From the NCBI RefSeq assembly GCF_009914755.1, contig NC_060925.1: a stretch of 64,000 nucleotides of DNA; one strand, 5' to 3'. Made by a program: the position numbers and the translations under genes. This DNA comes from the human T2T-CHM13v2.0 reference genome, Homo sapiens. The notes under the pieces were generated by a model, which ran no database searches, was not told the DNA's origin, and saw only the letters and a program-made list of their open reading frames with translations. Each line of letters opens with the position of its first letter. Positions within the stretch are counted from its first letter, which is position 1. Of the stretch, positions 50,976 through 63,265 are shown piece by piece.

Positions 50976-51499
50976 AGAGTTAAAAATATGCTCTAAGTAA
51001 ATCCCTGGATGACCTAATGCATCTTAATGGGCTGTTGTGGGGAGTGAGGATGCTTGCAAGATTTCATTCTGTCGGTCACTCAGTGCCCAGCCAGGGAAGG
51101 ATTCATGGACTGGATCTCCATTGATCTGTTTTGTCCTTTGCACACGGCCAGTCCCCAGCTTGCCTCCAGACCACACCCACAGTCTCACTCCCACCTTCAA
51201 GGTAGCCTTGGAGGCCAGACTTCTCCCCTTGAGCTAAGGTGGTCCAGGAAGCATGAGGATCTGAGGGCTGAACATTCAATCCTTGCTTAAATGAGTGCTG
51301 GGAGGGGATAGAGCGAAATACAGATGGCCCTGAAAAGAACCCTGGACATGGAATCAGAAGCCAGGGGTCTGATGCTGGCCCTGTTCCCTGCCAGCTGCAT
51401 GACCTTGGACCATGCCACTGCCCTCAGCATCCTCTTCTGCCAAAGGAGGGGCTGGGCTAGATGGTCTCTGACGTCTCTTCCAGTGCTGACATTCTGGGA

Positions 51500-51660
51500 C
51501 TCTGTGAATGTTATTAAATTCATGAATCGGCTTCTTTGCCTGGAACAAGTCAGCTTAAAATACATGCAAATTGCACTAAGTATAGCTGTTCCCTTGCTGA
51601 GGAGGCAGCCTGGCATATTTACATAGTTTGAAATTGGCTGCTGCATGCACAGGGTGGGGG
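51500..51660. promoter_or_regulatory. Candidate POU-rich enhancer block
   Basis: ATGCAAAT 51564-51571, ATTAAATTCATGAAT, GCATATTTACAT. Confidence 0.35.
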
Positions 51661-52069
51661 AGCAGTGACAGGCTCTGAGGCTGGGCCAGCAGCCGCCGCC
51701 TCTAATGCAAGTGGGGTCCCAGACCTTTCTCAGCTTGGAGTCCTGAAATTCATTGTTAGCAGGGAAGAGGATGAGAGCTGCTCTGTACTAGAGCCTGGAT
51801 ATGTCAGGATCCTTTCTGGGTGCTTGCTTTCTATTATCTTATTTAATCCTCACAGCAGTCCTTGAAAGCAAGTATTACTGTTGCCTTTTAACCAATGAGA
51901 AGACCAAGGCCTCGAGCTTGCCCAAGGCCACACAACCACTAAATGTTGAGGTTAGGCTGACTTCAAAATTCATGCTCTCTCCACCACTAGGCCTGCAGTT
52001 TCCTCTACACACCCAGGCACTGCCAGACTCACTGCTGTTTGGGCATGCTCTTGTTGGCCAACATTGAGA

Positions 52070-52350
52070 GTCTTCGTTTGTTCATTCAGTAAATACCTGG
52101 TGAGTGCTATGGTGTGCTAGGTTTTGTTCTAGGCATTCTGCAGTAATCAAGACAGACAAGGTCTTGGCCCTCTTGGGGCTTACATTCTAGTGGGAGAGAC
52201 AGAAGATAAACAGGTGAATTAGTAGATGAAATGAATTGCAGATTGTGACACATGCTCTGAAGAAAACGAAGAGAGGGCAGATGCCACTTAGATGGGAGCT
52301 GTTTAGGTAAGACCCCCCTGAGATGGTGATGTCTAAGCTGAGAACAGAAT
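52070..52350 (-). mobile_element. L2 3' end
   Basis: ttcattcagtaaatacctggtgagtgctatggtgtgctagg...gggcttacattctagtgggagagacaga. Confidence 0.8.
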
Positions 52351-52379
52351 GCTGTCAGTGACGAAGGTTGATCCAGCAG

Positions 52380-52585
52380 CTCTGGGTCCCGGACTCAGCA
52401 CCTGTTAACTGTGTCACCTTGAGCAAGTCACTAATTCTTTCTGAGCTTTGGTCTCCTCATCTGTGCAATGGAGCTAATAATATCTCCCTTGAGACGGTGG
52501 TGCGAGGATTGTTAACAGGGCATACAAAGTACCCAGTGCAATGCCTGGCAGGTAACAGATGTCCCCTGTTATGGTTATTGTCACT
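52380..52585 (+). mobile_element. MIR SINE
   Basis: ctgtgtcaccttgagcaagtcactaa...ctcatctgtgcaatggagctaataat. Confidence 0.8.
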
Positions 52586-54714
52586 GTGTTTTCTGATCCA
52601 GGCCTAGGGCCTACATTACTTTTCATAATGAGGCTGCATGGTAGATACGATCCTCTGTGGCTAACCGCAAAGATCACCAAGGCTGGTAAGATAGAGCAGG
52701 CACCAGGCTGGGAACCAGGGTCCTGGTTCCAATCTTCGCCCTGCTACCTCATGCTCAGTGACCTTGGCAGGTCAGGGAATATAAGGGTTCTTGGTGATTC
52801 TTCCACTTGGTCATTCTGTCTTCCAGGATGGCTGTGACACATCAGGGCATAAAAAACTGCTTTCCATAACTCTGCTTAGACCCAGTACTCCGTCCAACCA
52901 GCTGCATGGCCCCAGAAAGTCTTTTTGTGTCTCTTGGCCCAGTTTCATCATCTGCCAAGAGGGAATAACAATACATACCTCTCTGTCATTGTGAGGCTCA
53001 GATGAGATTTCGAATGTGGGAGTACTCCAAGTGCTGCAAAGTGGGGGCAGAAATGAAGGTTGTGTTCCTGGGCCAGGGATGGCCCTCATCCCCACCTTCC
53101 ACCAGCCGGCAGAGGAGAGGTATCCCAAAACAGCTTGTTTTCTGAGAACCAGTGGGGAATACCAGGGCCCAGAGTGAAGACACGCTGGCCATGGGCTAAG
53201 ACTGGTGCCACTCCCAAGGTGAGGGTGGGGACCTCTCGAGCTGCTTCTCCAAAGGTGCACTCAGTGGAGCCAAATGACTCTTGCTGAAGTCCGTGTCTGG
53301 ATCATTCATCCTGAGGAAACCTGAACTCGGGTTTCTACCTGCATCTGTAGAACTGGAAAGAACATGGGGCGATCACACTTTCGGGGTCCCTGCTGCGTGT
53401 AGGCGAATCCCCACACCGTTTTGTAAATAGGATGGCTCCATTTCAGAAGATCGTGGGAAGCTTGAGGGAACTGCTGGCAGGCGGGTAGCACTGAGAAGCT
53501 CCTCAGCTCCATGAGGCTATCGGAATTGGGAGAAATGTTGGAGGTGAGGGGAGGTCACGTGGCTCTGGTGATGAATGACGGATCATGGAGACAGCCCTGA
53601 CTGGGATTCCAGTCCCTGGGCTCTTGGCTTTATCACCTACTTACTTTGTGCTCTTGGACAAGTTCCTTTCCATTTTGGGCCTCGGCCTTCCCATCTGTAT
53701 AATGCATCAGATGCTTTCTAAGGTCCCTACCTGCTCCTGATGTTCTATTTCTGAAGCCGGGCCAACTCCCCTAAGCCCCAAGAGCTCACCTAAGCCCTGA
53801 AGCAGTTTTACAACTGGGGAGACACAGGGGATGTGAATTATCTTTGGGGGAGTTCTGGAGGGAGGCAGCTGTGGGCCTAGTGGAGACGCTCTGCCTGGAA
53901 AATCTGCATGACATCTAACCCTGGGAAGGCCCTGTGAACTATGTATGGTCCCATTTTAGATCTGGGGAAAGATGCCATGTCCCAGTAAGCTCATTTGGAC
54001 AATAGCAGCGGGGAGCTCAGGGAGGAACTCAAGGCAGGCTCCTCATCATACAAACCGCAGTCATTGGTCCCCTCCTCTTCCACCCTGATCCTTGTGGGGA
54101 GAGCTGAGGTTCTGCACTCTGCAGGTTTGACCCAACCTAGTCCCTGAGCAGTGTTTCCAGTCTATCATGCTGGGAATGAGCCTGGCATTCTGGAATCAGC
54201 CTTCTCTGGAGTGCCCACCATGTTTCTCTAGTTTGGGTAATGAGCATCGGCTTGAGTCTATGGATCAGCACTCAGTGTTCCCCCACCCCAGCCCAGCAGC
54301 TCGGTCAGCTCCTCAAGAGTCAGGTCAGCTATTCACAGTTCTTCATCCTTCCCAGGATCCCTAGATATTCAAGTCCCAGTAGGCTCAATGCCCCAAATCT
54401 TATAGCCTAGGCCTAGTCTGGACTGGACTTTTGGACTTTTCTTGGGCTCCAGGTAGCCAGTGACAGGGCCAGCCAGGCCTGCTGGATGGGACCCAGGGCA
54501 TGGTGTGAGGCCAACTCCCTCTGACAAGCCCAGGAGCTACACCCCAGGGGCTGGCCAAGCTGAGGCCCAGGGGCACTCCTTCTGGCAGGGCAGCTGGTTG
54601 GATTGATCTTGTAATTAAGTCAGGGCCAGGCCTGCCTACTTGGGCCCTTGCCCTTGGCTCCCAGGACGGGCCAGAATTTGTTGCTGAGGGCAGAGGGTTT
54701 ATGCTTGGGTGGGG

Positions 54715-55540
54715 CTCAGACCTAAAACTTGGAGTCATGCTGGATGCCTTTGTCTTTCTTACATTGCATACTCAGTTCACCAGCAAATCCCATTGCTTCT
54801 GCCTTTAGTGTGTATCCAAAGTCCAACTGCTTCTCCCCAACTTCTCTGCTGCAACCATCCCAGCCTCCGTGCTCCTTGCTTGAATGATTGCAGTCGCCTT
54901 CTCACTGGGCCCCAGACTCTATCCTTGCCCCCTAGAGTCTGTTCAAAACAGCAGCTGAGGTGATCTGAAAACAATATGTCCAGTTAAGTTTCTCCTATGC
55001 TGAAAAGCCTCCTATGGCTTCCCACCTTACCCAGAGCAGAGTCCAGAGTCCTACAAGGTCCTATACAATCTGCAAGTCCCCTTCCCAACCTTACTCTTTA
55101 ATTTCCCATTGTCTTCCCCCTTGCTTCTTCTGCTCCTGCAGCACTGGCCTCAATGCATGCCCTCTTCCACCTCGCCTCACTGACTGTGCCCTTGCACTCC
55201 CTGAGCATGGAATGATCTTCTCACATGAATCTGTATGGCCAACTCTCTGACTTCCTAAAGGTCTCTGCTTAGATGTCACCTTATCCAAGAGACCTTCCCT
55301 GCCCACCCTGCATAAAAGTGCACCGCCTACTGTCACTCTTCATCTCCCAATCTTGCTTTGATTTTATTAATAGTATTTTCTTTCTCACTTATCCCCCACC
55401 AGAAAGTCAAGTCCATGAAAGCAGGAGCTCTGACTGTTTTGTTTACAGATATATATTCCCCAATAGCAAGGAAGGGGATACAATTCTTTGCATTCTATGC
55501 ATTTGCATGAGGTGCTGGAACATAATAGGAGCTTAATTCA
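54715..55540 (+). mobile_element. L2 LINE
   Basis: aaaacttggagtcat...atggcttcccaccttacccagag...ctctgcttagatgtcacc...tccatgaaagcagg. Confidence 0.85.
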
Positions 55541-56049
55541 TGGTGCCTGACTTAGTGCATCTCTCCCTTGCCAAATGCTGTGACCCTTGACTTCTTTGGA
55601 AGAAGAGCATGGTGCAGTTGGCTTGATTGGCAGTCGGCAGACTGGCATTTTAGTTGCCAATTCACTTGTGGCCTTAAGCAAGCCGCTGGCCTCCTCTGGA
55701 CCTCAATCTTCTCACCTACAAAATAAGGCAATTGGTCTAGTTGATCTCCAAGACCCTTTCCAGACTGGACTAGCCAGGATTCTATTGCTCCCAACTTCCT
55801 CACCCCTTGCCTTATTCTTGGGAGGCAACTGTCACATAAGGAAGCATGGACCAGGTGACAAGAGACCCGAGTTCTTTTCTTCACTTCCAGCTATGTGTCC
55901 TTGGCAAGTTTCCATCCTCTCAGCACCTTGGTTTTCTTGTCTATAAACTGAGTGTTGTAATGCCTGACCCGACGGCTGCCACACAGATTTACTGTGAAGG
56001 TCAGTGGATAAGAAACTGCTTTGGAGTCTGGGTCATGAATAAGAGGGAG

Positions 56050-56285
56050 AGTTAGTAGCACGGGCTTTGCGGCCAGATAACCTGGGTTCAAATCCTGCCT
56101 TTGGAAGTTATGTACAACTTCCTCGCAAGTCAGGTAAGCTTCTCTGTGCCTCTGTTCTCCTGAGTATAATGTGGGGCTAATTAGGGCCTTAGACATAGGA
56201 TGGTTGTAAGGATTGATAAACTTATTTAGAACAGGGCCTGGCATAGAGTATGTGCCATATATAAGCGTTTTCTTTTATTATTCAT
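56050..56285 (+). mobile_element. MIR SINE, near full length
   Basis: agcacgggctttgcggccagataacctgggttcaaatcc...aacagggcctggcatagagta. Confidence 0.85.
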
Positions 56286-56804
56286 TCCTAGAATTACTCA
56301 TTTATTTTGCAATCATTTATTAAAGGCTCCTGCCTATTTATGGGCTACTATTGGTTCAGGGTTCATTTCCTCCCCTCTCCCAATTAATTTTTTTCTACAC
56401 CTTTCCTTTCTGATGGGGAGGAATGAAGAAGGAGGCTGGGGAAGAAGTTCAGACCCCCCGCTAGGCTTTCTCTGTCTGTCAGGAGCTGACGCCCAAAGGA
56501 AGACAGCTTTTTCAGGAACGTTTAATATAGCAATTGCTCATTCACACCTTGCAGCCTCATGAATCCCATTGACAAAAATACCCGAGGAGGGTGATCCCAT
56601 TCCATTGTACCTCATAATCCCTAGACTTCCTTATCTTCCCCAGAATGCCTTGTTCCTATATTTTCCTGGAGTTTCAGGGGTAAGAGGTTGGGGAAACAGA
56701 GTCAGAGTCCTTGGCGATTTTTGCTGAAGTGTCCCTGTAAGGCTCAGCTGAGTGTTGACCCCACCAGGATGGTGGCTCTGGTTTCACGCCAAAGGCTTTG
56801 ACAG

Positions 56805-57451
56805 TGTATTAGTCAGGGCTCTCCAGAGGGGTGGAACACTGGGATAAATATGAAAGGGAATTTATTAGGGGGAATTGGCTCACATAGTTGCTAAGGTGAA
56901 GTCCCAAGATAGGTTTTCTGCAAGCTGGAAGATGACAGAAGCCAGTAGTGTGGCTCCCAGAGAGGCTGGCAGCGTGTCTCAGTTCAACTCTGAAAGCCTC
57001 AGAACAAGGAGAGCAAAGAGTGCAGCCCCCAGTCTGAGGCCAAAGGCCCGAAAGCCCCTGGGAGGCCTCTGGTGCAAGTCCCAAATCCAAAAGCCCAAGA
57101 ATCTGGAGTCTGATGTCCAAAGGCAAGAGGAAACAAAGGCCTCTTACTCCAGAAGAGAGAGAGAGCGAGAGAAAGAGCGAAAGAGGCAGAGAGGGAGTGG
57201 GATGGGAGGAAATGGGGAGTGAGACCCAAGCATAGCCCCTTCTTCTGCCCTCTTTGTCCTAGCTGGGCCACCAGCCCACTGGATGGTGCCTGCCCACACT
57301 GAGGTCGGGTCTTCCTCTCTCAGTCCGCTGACTTACATCAATCTTTTCTGGAAACTGACAGACGCTCACAGACTACCCAGAAAAAGTGCTTCACTAGCCA
57401 TCAAGGCATCCCTCAATCCAGTCAAGTTGACACTTAATAGCAACCATCACA
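56805..57451 (-). mobile_element. MLT2B-like (ERVL) solo LTR
   Basis: tgtattagtcagggctctccagag...ccctcaatccagtcaagttgacacttaatagcaaccatcaca; 5-bp flanks GACAG/GATGG compatible with a CpG-decayed GACGG TSD. Confidence 0.9.
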
Positions 57452-57479
57452 GATGGCTTCGTGCTGTCTTGGAGCTCAG

Positions 57480-57660
57480 TCCTAGATTTGCTTTTTATTA
57501 GCTGTTTGAGGACAGGCAATTACTTTGCCTCCCTGAGCCTCAATTTTCTCATCTGAAAATTGAGATAATGACAATGATATCATGGAGTTGTTGCAAGAGT
57601 TAAGAGAGATAATACAGGCAAACTGCCCAGTGCAATGCCTGCACATGGTTTATGGTCCTT
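57480..57660 (+). mobile_element. MIR SINE
   Basis: ctgagcctcaattttctcatctgaaaattgagataat. Confidence 0.8.
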
Positions 57661-58449
57661 ATCTCTTAGTTGAATTTGAAACATTTATTTAGCCATTGTA
57701 TTTACTGAATACCTCCTTTGTATAAGAAATATCTTACTTTTGACTTAGTAGCTTGCAAGGTTAGGCTAAGAATGATGAAATCAGGTCCTGGACTTTATAT
57801 TTCTCTGACTGTGCTTCTGTGTGTGTGTGTGTGTCTTTCCCAAGATAGGTCTATTCCCCCTTTACTCTCTGAGGGAGGAGGAGGAGAACTCCATTCAGCC
57901 ACAGCCACCATCTGAAGCACGTTGGGTGTGAAGGGGCACTAAGAGCTGGTGGAGGGGTGTGGAGGGAGGTGGGACAGAGTTGCTAAAAGGTCTGGTCCCA
58001 CTTGGAGCAAAGATGCTGGGCACACCAAGGTCTAGATGGATGGGTTGTGGAATGAGTTGGCAAGGTGCCTGATAACTGTAACCTTGGACACTTAGGTGAC
58101 TAGAGGTACAAATGGGGCATTGGCTCTAGGAACAGGGTGGGGCTTGGCTGGGGTCCGCCAGCGTGTGGGAGGAGGCTACTCACTTAACACCTCTGGGGTT
58201 GGGGTTAGAACAGTGGCTTTCTGCTTGGCCTGGCTTCCTCCACCACAAGAAGAGTGAGACAGTTCTTCCCTGGGTTGGCGCCTTTCTCCATCCCACAGAT
58301 CTCAGATGCCACTTACCAGGGCTCAGCAAGATGGAGCTTAGAGCCAAGATCAAAGCCATTCCCTAGGCTAGGTGGACTATTTTGATTATATTAAGCCTCC
58401 TTAGGGCAGATGAGGTTCTTTTGCTTGCCTTCTTTTAAGACATATCTAT

Positions 58450-58695
<246 letters not shown>

Positions 58696-58883
58696 TCACC
58701 TGGGGGAAGAAGCCAATGATGACAGAAGGACTAATATCTATTGATTGTAATACTCATAAAGAGTATGGGCTTGGACCTCGCAAAGGCTGTGCCAGTTATT
58801 TAGCTGTGTGACCTTGGGCTATCTATGCAACCTCTTTGAAGTTCAGTTTCTTAATCTGATTAAAATATAGATATAACACCTAC

Positions 58884-59283
58884 TGTATTAGGCCATTCTT
58901 GCATTGCTATAAGTAGCCAGGACTGGGTAATTTGTATTGAAAAGAGGTTTAATTGGCTCACGGTTCTGTGGGCTGCACCAGAAGCATAACACCTGGATCT
59001 GCTTCTGGGGAGGCCTCAGAGAGCTTTTACTCATGGTGCCTGGTGCAGGCACTTCACTTGGCAAGAGCAGGAGCAAGAGGGAGGGGGGTGGGTGCTTCAC
59101 ACTTTTAAATGACCAGAACCTCGTGTGAACTTAAGAGTGAGAACTCACTTATCACCAAGGGGATGACCCAAGACATTCATGAGGGATCTGTGCCTATGAC
59201 TCAAACACCTCCCACCGGGCCCCACCTCCAACATTGGGGATCACATTTTAACATGAGATTTGGGTGGGGACAAATAACCAAAT
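58884..59283 (-). mobile_element. MSTA/MSTB (MaLR) solo LTR inserted in a MIR
   Basis: tgtattaggccattcttgcattgctataa...gaggtttaattggctcacggttctg...ccaacattggggatcacattttaacatgagatttgggtgggga. Confidence 0.9.
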
Positions 59284-59369
59284 GATAACCAAATGGGATG
59301 ATGCATGTCATATACTTTGCAGTCTGGCACAAAGTAAGCTCTTATAACACGTATGGTACTTTGTGTTTA

Positions 59370-59550
59370 TATAGATATTAATGCCTTTTAAAATCTTCAT
59401 GCTGACCCTGTAAGGTAGGCATTTTAATCTTAAGTTGAGACAAGAAAACTGAAGTTTAGAATGTTAACTCCCTTGTTAGGGTCACATAGATAATAGCCTA
59501 TACCGTAGAGCCAGAGATGGAACCCAACCCTGACTCCAAGGCCCAGCATT
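59370..59550 (-). mobile_element. MIR SINE
   Basis: ccctgtaaggtaggcatt...aagaaaactgaagtttaga...gggtcacata. Confidence 0.75.
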
Positions 59551-60074
59551 TCCTAAGGCAACAAGTCTCACCATCCTTAGAATCTGGGAAGCCTGTAGGA
59601 ACTCTTTGGAGCTCTAGTCTCTTGGAATTGAGGAGGGGTTTGGTCCTAGGGCTGATGTGGTGTTGGGCAGGCTCTGGAGGGCAATCTCGATGGGACCTGT
59701 GGGACAGGGCATTAGGAGATGTGTGGCACCTTGACCACAGGCCATTTAACTCAGGTGACTCGCAGTGGCTGCACCTAAAGGCCAGTCTGACCCAAGAAGT
59801 TGAGATGAGAGGTCTCTTCTAGGGCCAGAGAAAGATACAAGGTGAGGGGTCCTAGAACAAGGCCATTTCTCTGCTTTTCTAAGACATAGATATTTTGGGC
59901 ACCATTGTGACTACAAGTCCTGGCTAGTGTTCAGGTTGGAATAGGTACAAGGCCAAAGAGCCTTGACCATTTCTTGATAAGCCAGTGATTTGTGAGTGTG
60001 TTGTTTACTGACCTAAGTTAGGGTGTGTGAGTCTGTGTGAGGAGGTAGCCTAAGAAAACAAAAGGACAGGATAA

Positions 60075-60180
60075 CCAGAGCTGATAGATTGAGAAATGCC
60101 CCAGTTGATGGATTAAAAAGATGCAGACCTGCCTCATTTGCATGTCATTTAACTAGCATTAATCACTTCAAAATATGTGG
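60075..60180. promoter_or_regulatory. Candidate PBX-HOX/MEIS/octamer enhancer
   Basis: TGATAGAT 60082, TGATGGAT 60106, CTCATTTGCAT 60133-60143, TGTCA 60143, ATTAATCA. Confidence 0.4.
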
Positions 60181-60769
60181 TTCTTCCCCCACTGCTGTGC
60201 TAAACCAGCCTGGGGATATTTCAGGTCTTGATTCCAGGGCCTGAGACTCAAGCACAGCTACTGCACATGGGATAGATTAATAGAAAGAGAAGTCCTGGAG
60301 CAGGAGCCGGGTCTAGCTCTGTGCCGGCCACTAACTCAGGTGCGGGTAAATTCCCATCTTCTTCTCCTGTCTGGAAAACCCACAAGGGCAGAATATCCTA
60401 AGCATCAAATGCAAAAACATTTTTCTGAATAAAGGAATGTTTTTAAATATATGAAAATCACTGTGGACAAATCACTGTTCCTTCCTGGATATAGAGGAGA
60501 AGATAAGGTGTCTACTTTTGACCAATAGTTTTAAATTTTGGGGGCTGTGGACACGTCAAGAAAAATAACCATACCACAACATGTCATACATCATTTCAGG
60601 GGCTTTTAGACCCTTTGGAGTTGATCGTTGTACCCCTTGTTCCAGATTAGAAACCCTTGGGCCAGAAAAGGTTGAAAATCCTTCAACTTTCAGATTTCTG
60701 AGTATCCTGCCCCACATGGATCTTTAGGACATGGGAATCCAAGAGAAAGGGCACACTCATATATTTTTA

Positions 60770-60950
60770 TTGGCTCCCACTATGCGCCAGGTGCTCATTT
60801 GGTCTTCACAAGATAAGGCAGGAGTCATGATTCCCTTTATAGAAGTGAGGAAACTGAGGCTCAAAGAGAGTGTGCCCCAGGGTTGCAGAGCCGGTGAGTG
60901 ACAGAGTTGGGATTCAAAACCCAAGCCTTTGGCTCCAGAGCTGTTCTCTT
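60770..60950 (-). mobile_element. MIR SINE
   Basis: gtgaggaaactgaggctcaaagag...gtgacagagttgggattcaaaacccaag. Confidence 0.8.
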
Positions 60951-61950
60951 TCTCCAGGGTTAATATTGTTTCTCAGTTGTGCCAATCAGCTTTGCTCCCC
61001 CTGTCCACCACATTGGCCCCCTGGACTAGGAGAGCTCCCCACTTATACCCCACCCCATCAAGTGCCCCTCTTAAGCGGGAGCTACTGGTTGGGGTGAGCC
61101 CAGGGTGGTCGAGTGTGTACAGGGCAGGTGCCTCAGGTCAGGTGGGGAGGGTTCGGTGTGCATAGGTGGCATGGGTGGACTACACTTGAACTAGCTGAGC
61201 TCTCCTCACCAAAGTGGAGAGAAGAATGCGGATCTTGATGTTGTAGCTTCCACACATCCCTGTTCCCTTTCCCTCCCTTTCCTCCTTGCTTTTACCTAAC
61301 AAGAGCTAAGTTAACAGTTTACCTAACAAGATCTAAACAGTCAGGGACTGTTTAGACAAAATTCTTCCCAGCTCCCATCTTCCCAGCATCCCAGCTTCTT
61401 GGAGGCAGGAGTTCCTCGCGCAGTCCCAGCAGGAGGGACCAGGCCTGGGAGCCTGACTCAGTTTCCCATTTCTTTGGAGTAGGGAGCCCCACTCCATTAG
61501 TCAGCCTGAGGCTGTTCCGCAGAGGTCTAGAGCCCCACTATGGTGGGGGAAATGCCCAATATGAAGGTGCCCATAGCAGCAGCTGCCCCAAATGTTTCTT
61601 GTCTCTTTGCCACCCTCTCCCTTGTCACCTCAGTACCTGCACCCAGAAACACATCCTTCTGAAGGTGAGGTGAGGGTGGGGAGCCCAGCTGCTTTGGCTG
61701 GTCAGTTTTCCTAGGGGCAGAGCATGGTAGATTGTGAAGGGGTAAAACTAAATATCTTTAATAAGATACCTGGGTATTTGGGTGTTTGGAGTAGGGGGGT
61801 GGTCAGGGGTGGGATGTGCCTGCTAGTGGCTGAGGCACCGACTTCCCTGTGCTCATACTCCACACCATGGCCTCTTTTGAGCCTTCTAAATTTGCAGGAG
61901 TTCAGGACTAGATTAGCCCTCAGAGGAAATCACATAGATGTGCCTCAGCA

Positions 61951-61991
<41 letters not shown>
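61951..61991. repeat. (TG)n microsatellite
   Basis: About 18-20 TG units. Confidence 0.97.
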
Positions 61992-61992
<1 letters not shown>

Positions 61993-62489
61993 GGACCTTC
62001 TCCACGAAGGTGCTGCTGTGTCTCCATCTCAGGAGGCCAAGATAGACATTCTCCTCACTTGAGAGTGGACAGCACGGTTGGTCCAGACCCCTGGGCCAGC
62101 AGTAATGGGCAGAGGTGGGGGTGGGTTTGAGGACAAGGCCTGCAAATGTGGGTGCGGCTGCATTTAAATGATTCCCAGACTGTGTTTGGTCTTCAAACTG
62201 GGTACCCCGCCCCCACACATCCTCCAGCTCCATGGAAGATACAGGAAGTGTTGATGTAATTGGGGAGATCTCAAACGCACCCACCCACCCTCCCATCCAC
62301 ATACTCTGCCTCGTCTGCGCAGGGCTCCCAGTCAAGGGCAGGCAGGCACACACCAAGATGATACCCAATGCATCCAGGAGGACCCTCTCCCATCCTGCCT
62401 GGTCTCTGCCTGGACCCTCATGGCCACAGAAACTAGGCTGAGAGTGAGGCAAGCACACTTGCATGTTGTAGGGATGATAATCCCAGCAG

Positions 62490-62534
62490 GCAAGAAACAA
62501 GTGAAAACCATCAGTGTCTGTCAAAAATTTTATT
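62490..62534 (-). terminator. Putative polyadenylation site of a minus-strand gene
   Basis: AATAAA (plus-strand TTTATT 62529-62534), followed on the minus strand by CA dinucleotides and a GU/U-rich element tggttttcacttgtttcttg; AU-rich upstream region with UGUA motifs. Confidence 0.65.
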
Positions 62535-63211
62535 TTTTTCATATCACACAGAATGATGTTAAAATAAATCCCCAGTAATATATATTTATATACTTATTTA
62601 CTTGTGTCAATATTTACAAAAGACTGTGGAGCTCTATGAAGTCTATGTACACCCATGATCAGGTGGACAGGCAATGTTCATTGAGGCACATATGTACACA
62701 TATATGTATAACCTATGTACAAATATCAGACCCTACTGACACAGGAACTCTCAGCTGCAGAAGTCCTGGGTGGGGCAGTGTTGGTGGGGCTGAAAGCTTC
62801 CAGAATATGTCAGCAAGAATGATAATATCAATACATCCTGTGCAATGTAGTTACAGCTGGTGTCTAAATTTTCAAGAAGCAAACAAATAGTTAAATGACT
62901 CCCAACTCCCATGAGTCTTCCCCGCAAGTCCTGCTCCGCCTTCAGCTCTCATTGGTCCCCAGCCTCTTATCACCATGGAGACCCCAGTTCCCTTTCGGCA
63001 TCATCCTTACGAAGCTTTACCATCAGCCTTGGAGTTCCTTCTGCTATTGATCCCAAGGAGGCTTATTTATCTACCTCTTTGAGTTTTCAGCAATTATTAG
63101 AGACAGGACATGGGAGGGCAGCTGAAGATTCATGCACAAGCAGCAAGGAAGCCAGTGCAAACCCTAACTGGAGTCTGTGCTGCATGAGCCTAAGTGAGTG
63201 GCGGCCATTTC

Positions 63212-63265
<54 letters not shown>

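Noticed and set aside
61913-62542. 209-aa minus-strand ORF
   Set aside because: Starts just before the putative poly(A) signal, runs past the cleavage site and through a (CA)n repeat; no homology recognised
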